The notes beneath the pieces are model-generated. The model searched no databases and was not told the DNA's origin. It was given only the letters and a program-made list of their open reading frames with translations. The position numbers and the translations under genes were made by a program. Shown here one piece after another: positions 24,601 to 32,907 of a stretch of 32,907 nucleotides of DNA (positions are counted from its first letter, which is position 1; every line of letters begins with the position of its first letter). Source of the DNA: Sarea resinae (taxonomy: Eukaryota); assembly GCA_026026165.1 (NCBI GenBank), contig JAPEUD010000122.1, forward strand, positions 1 to 32,907, in the 5' to 3' direction.

Positions 24601-24732
24601 CTCAGACTCACCTTTTGAAGGACCTGATCTTGGTGACAGCGGCGGTGAACTGGCTCCAGCGACTTCTGGTGATAGAGTGCGTTGGGCATCCGGTATCACG
24701 GAGTCCGCAAGCTGCTGATGACTGGAAGACAT
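21661..24732 (-). CDS. CKI1: Choline/ethanolamine kinase, about 825 aa
   Basis: Exons 24732-24612, 24169-23179, 23132-22634, 22582-22439, 22383-21661 join in frame. Motifs RLSGALTNAVY, LLLRIYG, GPRLLGTFTNGRFEEF, Brenner motif FAHNDTQYGNIL, VIDFEYAS..ANHFTEW, FDYLAYA. Exon 1 is the least certain. Confidence 0.93.
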
Positions 24733-27599
24733 CTCGCTGCGAGTCGAATTTCTCTCGAATGCACAACAAATATACTCTGACAGTTTCGATCTGAGCCGGA
24801 CGGGGCTTGAGGTTCTTTTAATTGCTGCTCACCGTCTGATCAGACGATGTTTCACGATGAGGCTTTGGACAGCTGCGAACGTCACATGGCAGAATCAGTG
24901 GCAGACCCTAGCAAGCGCCGTACCTGGAATTCTCTCGTAAGAGTCGCTACCTTGCCCTACTATGGAGTAGTTCGTGGGGGAAATCCCGGTTAGCGACTGG
25001 AAAATGACGACGCCCGCGTTCGGTGATTCTTCTAGTCTGCACGCTTCACCTACTCGATCTCGACCTTCCAGATATGGCCCAGCTCGAGGCGACGGCAACT
25101 GATCTCGCAGAATTCGCAGAGCACAAAACGACGATGACAGAGGTAAGTCGAAGCAGGAACAGAGATGCAGAGATGAGAGAAGAAGAGGCGAAAGAAGGCT
25201 CTTGATAACAGAGTGAGAAGACTCTCATGCTTTTTCTCTCTCGTGCCCTGTTACTGTTCCCTGCTCCTTCCTCCTTCCTGCACATTGCCTGGATGGAGAT
25301 AGCAGGCCGCGTACAAAGTACTGTACGCCTTTCTCGTTATCTTTCCCTTGGCCACATCTGGCTCGACCAATCCGAACCGAGGACGAGAAAGAGGACGAGG
25401 ACGAGGACAGGGACCCTTCGGCTAAAGATGCAGTCCCGACGTCCCTCGCTCCTAGCCCCTTACGGTAACCTGGTACTCGACCCGGAAGGCTTCTTCTGAC
25501 CTCATCCCCTATCATCACTGCTCCAGGGGGCTACTGATATTGATATCTCTAGATTGGTGACTGGTGAAGTCTATCCGGCGTCAGCGTCTGTCATTCACCT
25601 AATAGCCGGCATATTTTTACGTATAATGGATCTACTGTTTCCTTGCCTCACTCCCTTCCCTACTTCTTCCCAAGCATATCTTGTTCTTCGCAATTCGTGA
25701 ATCTCAGATGATGATTATTTCTGTTCTTCGAAGTAACGAGTCTACTCTTATCCTCTGGGTTTCTGGTTTTCCTTTTCTACAACTGTCAAAACCATGCTAC
25801 CCCAAACTTGATCCTTTACTCGATTCGTTTCCTTTTCTTTCCCTAGGCATAAATCAGCCTGACGAACTCCTTTCACTTTCTGCACACATTGCCAATTTCT
25901 GTTTGCCTTACGAAGAAGGCTCTTAAAGTCGCTGCTTTAGTCGGTCATGTCTTATCAATTCACAGCTATCCTCGGAGATTTTTCAAAGAACAGCCGTGTT
26001 GCTCTTGAAACCCCTTGGCATAGGATACCGAAGAGGGAGGAAAGACTGGACAAATGACCCCTGGGACTTTAATGCTTCAGCTTTGTTGTCGATGACGAAA
26101 GAGCATATGCTACCAAAGAAGGAATCTCTGGTGGCCTACATTTGACGCAAACGACCACCACGACATGCGGCCTAGATACAACTAATATCTCGGAACAGAA
26201 CAAAAGGCGTATTTTCACAGTACCTGGTCTGCAGGTGCTTCTCAAATGCTCCAGTGTCACCTTGTCAGGTCTAGGAGCTTTACCTAATGCGTTACCTTAT
26301 CAAGTTTGCTAGAGGGAACGTGCCATTACCAACTAAAGGCAGCTCGCAGATGCCTGACATTGACATCCTGGTCCCTACGAGCGTCAAACTTCACAAAGTT
26401 GTCTATGATCTCAAAGGAAGGAAATGTTATCACGACTCTTCGCGGCAAGTACCGCCTTCTAAATCTCGCGAACGCGCAGTCGAACTGCGATTGCGGGACA
26501 AAACACCCTGTCAGGAAATAACGTCATGGCAGCGACAGTATATATCAAAGTGCAGCTCACCGCTTCCTAACAGCATAGAGAGTAGTAATGAGAACAGAGG
26601 GAAAGGCTCGATGGAGATGCCTACTTTATGCGAAGGACAGCACTTAAAACAAACAAATGCCATATAGGATATTAATCTGTCGGCGCTCTACAGCTAGTAG
26701 ACAGATTCAACCTGGCCACGACTAACAAGGATGCCAAGGGCACAATGATTTGGGAAAATACAACGACTTTTACGAAACAAAGTGAATTCATTGGTCTACT
26801 ACCTCGCCTGTTCACTGTTGCTAGGCTCTTCAGCCGCGAGTCCTTCACTATAAGAGAGAACCCTCCGCCTCTTCTTTTTCTTCTTTCTTTCTTTTTGAAC
26901 AACACTTTCCGCGAGCTATATCCTTCTTCCAACAGCATCATCCATGTTATAGAAAACTGACACCGTCACCTAATGCCATTCTTCATCGAAAAAGCTCGCG
27001 AAAGCCAGGTGCTTCAATCTGACGACACCTCAGTCGGCCAGGCATTGGCAGCAACTCTACGGGGCTGCAAAGGCTACTGGGACTATGGTTTGCAGGAGGG
27101 AAATGACCCTAACAAGGTAGTCGGAATCGGCTACCGGATCGGAGGCCAAGATATTCATCAAGTCGAATGATACCGAATTTGACTCGCTTTAGAATATTCA
27201 GAAGGTGGTCGCCATTGCCGTTGCCGCTCCGTCGTACCGCAACAACCCCAGGACATTTACTCGTTCTGCGCCTTCATGACGAATACCACTGCCGCTTCGT
27301 GGATGAAGATGGCGAGATCTGTGCAAATGAGGTATGTTCTGATGCCTCTAAAGAATGAGGTTCTGTCTGCAGAGGATTCTACATCCGCGACGATCTTCCA
27401 ATTCGCGGACCCTGCGAGGGTATAGAGGCATATTAGGCATATGATGCGGCCCACATTCGCCGACTGTCATGTATTCATTCACTTCGCCCAAGGCTTTATG
27501 ACATCCCGCTTTTCGGACATGGTTTTTGCTTCGAATTCACACGAGCCATGATAGATCACCTGCTCTCGCCTTCACAAACGATTGGCTGTTACATTAGCT

Positions 27600-28600
27600 A
27601 ATCTTATGATGAAATATGTGGATATATAACGAGGATATCTGAGCAGTGGAGGAAATCATAGTCTTAAGGATCGGAATAAGCAGGAATGCAGGTATCAGAG
27701 TCTTGTAATGAATTTAATCTACTTTGCTAACACAGCGACAACAACTCTAAGGCAGAAGACCCTGTGCTAAAAGTCTCGATTAAGCAGCTTGAGAAAGACT
27801 ATGCTAATGAGAGATTACCGACCTGGCCTTTGACAGAGGTTATATCTTACATTGCGGGCCAGGAGAGGAAAATATCTTCTTCGATCATGACGAGCCCTCA
27901 AAGTATGTCCGTATGAGGGCATTTCCTGGAGGGGAGCCTGCAGTCATTCGCCCTTGGCAGAGATTTCGAGGCTGCTAATCAAAACCAAGTTGCAGAAGCA
28001 ACAATACCGAGAATAATCTAAAGAATGGGTTAGGAACCTCTTAGGGGCAGCCCTGGCAATATATGAAGCGTACTGAGAATGGACGCGCATAAAGCAGGAA
28101 GAGAGAATGGCAAAGCAAGCCGAATAGGCAGCAGAAGCAAGGTCGGCACATGAGAGCTAAGTGGCTGAGTCGAGAAAATGGAAGCGAGATAATTGGGACG
28201 AGCACAGAAGGGAGGACGAAATAAATTACTTCCGAAGGTGGGAAGAACATTGCAGAGAATGCATGAATAGAGAAGAGCTTCAAGAGCACAAGGCTGCATG
28301 TGCGGCGAGGCATAGGAAATTAAGAGGCAAAAAGGCTAAAACGATGACCGAGGAAGAAAAGGAGAAAGAATAGGAGGAACAGAAGGAGTATTTGCAAGGG
28401 TATAGAGATCAGAGAATGGAGCTGAACGCAGCAAAGGCCCCTACCATAAGGGCAGCATAGCTGCTCAGAGACAACGAGGCGCGGAAAAAGAAGAACGCCG
28501 TTATGACAGCAGAAAAGAGGGCAGAGATAATTGCTAATGTTGCCTTTAAATTTGGACTACTGACATTAATCACACTAACAAGCAATCGACGCATTCGCTG
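27600..28600 (+). pseudogene. Decayed intron-containing gene with E/K/R-rich coiled-coil C-terminus, product unknown
   Basis: Intron-like GTATCAG..TGCTAACACAG (27692-27735). One frame reads LAEISRLLIKTKLQKQQYRE*SKEWVRNLLGAALAIYEAY*EWTRIKQEERMAKQAE*..EEEKEKE*EEQKEYLQGY with stops where Q/R would fit. Confidence 0.55.
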
Positions 28601-29779
28601 AGCTAACAATGAGCCTACGACGATATTGGAAATCTATCAAGATAAGACTTCACATTCTTCCTGAATTGTCTGCAAGCCTTCCTCTACATGCCGAATCTCT
28701 GCTAAGAGTGACTCGTTCCAAGGTTCTCATTTCCGGTGATCGGAACTCAGTCATAAAGTTCGGTATTGAGTTCTTGAAAAGAGAACGAACAATTAGCACT
28801 GAACCCAGTCTCCGTCGTATACGCTTTCGATCGAGCAGTACGATTTCGAAATAGCATGATCTCGATCATTGGAGAACTGAAATAGAGGCGTATGTGTGTG
28901 CTGCCTTGGAGAAGGAGAAAGCCCAAACTTCGTCAGAGCATTTGAGGGCGCCTTCTTGGATGGTGGGCTCCCGAGTGCGAAGTGATTACTTAGTCCTCTC
29001 CACATGAGATTGGAAATTTTGAGATCTAGAAGATTTCCACGCGACATTAAACAACTGCTAAGAAGATATAACTCAACGCCGAAGTGTACAAATTAAGGAC
29101 GATAATACCACAGCCTGTGGCGATTGACGCCCTCTCTAGCTCGCGTCTATTTAGGCGCATGTCAATCTATAGCTTCGTGTCCACGAAGATCGGATCCTCT
29201 GCTTCACAGCAAAGTTCTGTTCACCACTTATACTCTGATGCTCGCGCTGTGGAGTGCTCCGACACTTGTTATAATCGGCATCCTTGGCCTGCCGTTGCCT
29301 GCTAATGGAGTATAGCGCTTAGTACTACATCTGACGGGGACGAAATGTCTAGGACTCAATCTGTATAAGGTTGAGTGCCCTTGCGACAACAAAACTACTA
29401 CGGCACAGCTATCAAAGTAATAGATACTCTAACTATTGTCATCTGCCTAGGACACTTGATAGGGGCTTGATTCACGAGTCTGATAAAATTTTCACAAAAG
29501 AATAGACAGATCGCTGTCCTATTTACCTAGAACACGGAGAAGAGGATAGGGGAATATATGTGCCCAAGTCATATTTATATATATACATGCATCTGCACAC
29601 ACTAGTACCGGCTCTGCTATGAATGAATTTATCTCAGGGCGGCCATGTTCGCACCGTCCGTCGCTCTTCTTAGAGGAGCGCAGGAGCACCCAGCAACGCC
29701 TAATCCAACTCGTGTTCTTAGACTAAAAGCAGGAGCGGCCTCTAACATGTTTCACTGATAAAATCCTTTCAACATCCTT

Positions 29780-30750
29780 TCTTCGAATAGAACGTCGACA
29801 GCACGCGACAAGTGATTGAGGGCATGCGAGGAGCCTACGAAAGGCGCTTTTATGGCGTTTACTCGAACTTTGTCGATGTCGATACGGGGAGAGTTAGATT
29901 CTAGTGTGTTAAGGACAAGGCCCCTTACTACTGCACTTCTTTCCTATAGCTAGCTAGTAAGAAGAGGATATATCGAATGCTTTCTCAAGAAAAACTTACT
30001 TTTCTACAGCCCATGCCTAAGGGAAGCCAGATGCTAATAGAACTTAAATGTTAGGATCTACCCTCTTGGAGACATATTTCCAAGATAGGGGATTTTATTG
30101 TGCGATTAAATTGCACGAAGTTAACTCCTTTTCGACTGCTATGCTCGAACTGTGGCCGTACCTCAAGAAAGTGCTCGCCGCGAAAGAGCTTTTGAGTCTT
30201 CTATCTTTCAGTTCGTTTTTTTCATTGACGTTTTTTTCCGCCTCCGAAGAATTCCTTTCCTTTACTTCTCCGACCACGACCTTCACGGCGTTGACGTCTT
30301 CAAAACGCTCAAGTACAGGTCAAAAAAGTCCACCTTGGGCTTCGGCCATCCACATCTGCCCCTAGCTACGCTGGAAAGGGCCGACCGAGACGGATATCCG
30401 CTCGTATGTTACCAACATGCCAACAATGAAAGGTCGGAGGAGTCACGACAGATACACTCAGAATGGAACGATGCCCTATTGGCGTTGGAACGTGACCAGT
30501 GGACTGTCAATCAACAGAAAGCATTGGATTTGAGCCTTGTGAAGACTATGGAAAAGACCGATCGGAATTTCTACAAATCGTGAGAGACATCTGGCATATT
30601 GCGATGGGAGCCAAAGATCAGGGCAGCCGTACACAACGTGATAGCCAACTAAAAGTGTAAGCCAGCTGTTTGCTACATAGAGGAGATATGTTGACTCGAG
30701 ACCGGCCCCGCGACACTAGGACAAGATGGAGATACCATGCTAATGGCCTT
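29780..30750 (+). pseudogene. Decayed, divergent Spo11/topoisomerase VI subunit A-like gene
   Basis: Collinear fragments across stops and frameshifts: KAPYY (YY at 29926-29931), FLQPMPKG, DFIV/AI[K<E], IPFLYFSDHDLHGVDVFKTLKY[R<G]S (DHDLHG at 30272-30289), HICP*LRWKG (LRWKG at 30366-30380), MEKTDRNFYKS..EPKIRAAV. Confidence 0.6.
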
Positions 30751-30974
30751 TGAGTTAAGGTTTGAGCCTTGGTCTTATTGAAAAGTAAGTATTTCTTCCA
30801 AACAGTTCTATCACATGTAATTTCCGTTAGTCCTTGGTTACCCAGCGTCGACGCTTGAATGTTTCTAGCCTATTGAAAAAGCTCTGCATATACTTCTTTT
30901 CCCTCTAATGGATGATGCTTACCTCAATCGGAATTCCTCTGCATTCACTACCCTTGGCGGTCTATCCTCTCTAA

Positions 30975-31250
30975 AAGAAACACATATCTTATCAGGATAC
31001 AGCAGATTCAGCGTCAAATTATGAAAGGACTCCAAACTCTTGCATTTGCTTGTGTCTCTACAGAGATAGAAAGGGCTTTTCGCAACTAGGCATAAGACAT
31101 ACTTGCTAAAGGACTATCACCGAGAGACAGAGACTCATTCGATTCAAGTACAAACGAAGTGTCATAATATATCTTAAGCGCTCGTGGAAAGGCTGCTAGC
31201 CAAAATACTGTCTCGTACAACTCGATGGTATTCCTAACGTCGTGATCGAT
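30975..31250 (+). pseudogene. Possible further decayed ORF fragment
   Basis: Frame reads RNTYLIRIQQIQRQIMKGLQTLAFACVSTEIERAFRN*A*DILAKGLSPRDRDSF; helical and protein-like, no family recognised. Confidence 0.3.
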
Positions 31251-32780
31251 GTTGCAATCGCAAATGACACCGGATCCGACCTTCAGACCATCTAGACCGC
31301 AGATATAGCTATTATTCGAAACGATTCTCTAACATATCAGGGCATTAGAGGTTTGGTTTGCACCTCTCTAACGCACTTCTACTAGCTATAACATACCGGT
31401 GTGCTGTGCTGACCTATAAGGGTTTGGCTATTCTTACACCACAATATATCGTCTTCCGTAACTATTAAATCTTATCTACAGAACAATAATAAGTCCCCCT
31501 ATCAGCTACCCCGTTCGCTCAGTTTGCTTTCGGCAGTATGCCCTTCGGTGCCCGCCCGTCCGGTCCTGCTCCCGCGTTCGGTCCCTATGTACGCCAACGG
31601 CCAAATGGCAGCAACTACTTCGCCGGTTCGACGAGGTCGAGCGTGGCCCTGTGACGGCTCCGGTCCCGTGTGCGAACTGCGCGTCCAAGGGTTATGCGTG
31701 CCACATCGGACGTGGCCACGTACCTTCGGCCCAATGTTCGCGATGCATGTCTAAGTAGCCTAGGGCGATTAAGGACTCCCATGTTCCGAGACTCCAAGGA
31801 TGGCCTAAAATAGGATCACACATCTCCAATAGGTTTGGTCCCGGCAATCCTAGCAGATACTCTTTCTTCCCAACTAGCTCTTTTCTCCTACGATATAGTT
31901 CTGCTAGACAGGCCTGCAGAAAAACGGCTCTAGTGGAAAACGGTGTCCATTGGCGCGCTCTGTTCGGGCTATCGTTCAAGTCGTAGTTCTGGTGGATTAC
32001 GAGGTCCTGGGCCGGCGTGCCCGTGTCAATTCGTTAAGAAGATGCGGGCAATGGCTCTGATAAGGGGCGCGATAGATGGAAGAGACAATCAGGGGCCGAT
32101 GACCCAGATCAATAGCCCGAGCTGTTCAGTCAGGAGGGGAGAGCAAATGCCTGAATGACGAGCTGGTATCGCATCCTAATATCGCGCCTCCTCGTAATCC
32201 TCGTCATCTGGTAGCCCATCAAGGAAATACCGGCGATCCTATAGTCCAGTCCAATCTCCGCCGGTCGAACGCAGGCCGCCACACATCTAACGTTCTGAGC
32301 CGAGAGGAGATGAGAGCAAGGAACGGAACCTGTTCCATGATACGAGAACCACGCGATCGGATCCGCCCTCTCGATGGCCCAAGCGCCAAACACGAAGAAG
32401 CCATGATGGGCAGAAATGCACCTTTCCGCTCCGAGGAAACAAAGCGCAAGGATTCCAACAAGATCAGACCAGCGAGAAAACGCCGCCTTGACGGTGCGTC
32501 AATATTGATCTCGCGGGCGGCGAGGTTTGTTCTATTGTCGACCGACTGACCGACCGACCGACCGACCGACTGGGGGCCTGGACGGTTCGGTCGAGGATGG
32601 AAGCTGTGGGGGAATCTGTCGTTGGAGTGTTTTCAGGGGTGGGGGTTTTTCAGGGGGCGGGTTGTTGTTGGAGGGGAAGATGCAGACGAGATCTTATCAC
32701 GAGGCCGTGGATAGGTAGAAGGAACTCTGAAAAGGATGACTCCTGATTCTCAAGACGAAGAGGAGAGGGAAAAGGAGAGG

Positions 32781-32907
32781 AAAGCAAAGCAAAGCAAAGC
32801 AAAGCAAAGCAAAGCAAAGCAAAGCAAAGCAAAGCAAAGCAAAGCAAAGCAAAGCAAAGCAAAGCAAAGCAAAGCAAAGCAAAGCAAAGCAAAGCAAAGC
32901 AAAGCAA
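32781..32907. repeat. (AAAGC)n pentanucleotide array, at least 25 perfect copies, runs off the window
   Basis: Read directly from the sequence. Confidence 0.97.

Noticed and set aside
30152..30583. 143-aa ORF as an intact gene
   Set aside because: Starts at GTG and only parts of it match the Spo11-like pattern; other motifs lie in different frames, so it is a slice of a frameshifted pseudogene.
32650..32907. (LCFAL)n ORFs, or a telomere
   Set aside because: Translation of the AAAGC microsatellite; the motif is not the usual filamentous-ascomycete telomere repeat.

Overview
Eukaryotic DNA from a filamentous ascomycete (Pezizomycotina-type short GT-AG introns with CTRAC branch points, many microsatellites, TpA-rich RIP-like spacers). 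Seven intron-containing genes can be rebuilt by hand with in-frame splice junctions: a Cas1p/CASD1-family O-acetyltransferase (not CRISPR Cas1), a Usa1/HERP-like ubiquitin-domain membrane protein, mitochondrial phosphatidylserine decarboxylase PSD1, a histidine-phosphatase (PGM-family) protein, ribosomal protein uS8/RPS22, a Cys-rich LysM protein with a GC-AG intron, and choline/ethanolamine kinase. RPS22 carries an snR44-like H/ACA snoRNA in its first coding intron and a putative structured 5'UTR intron. From about 25.5 to 31.5 kb there is no intact gene, only decayed reading frames. One retains, in the right order, motifs resembling a highly divergent Spo11/topoisomerase VI-A (YY, KG, TOPRIM Glu, DxD, YGS, LRWxG). 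This is the best candidate for something undescribed, possibly a Spo11-like gene carried by a repeated or mobile element. All family assignments are by motif recognition; no searches were run.
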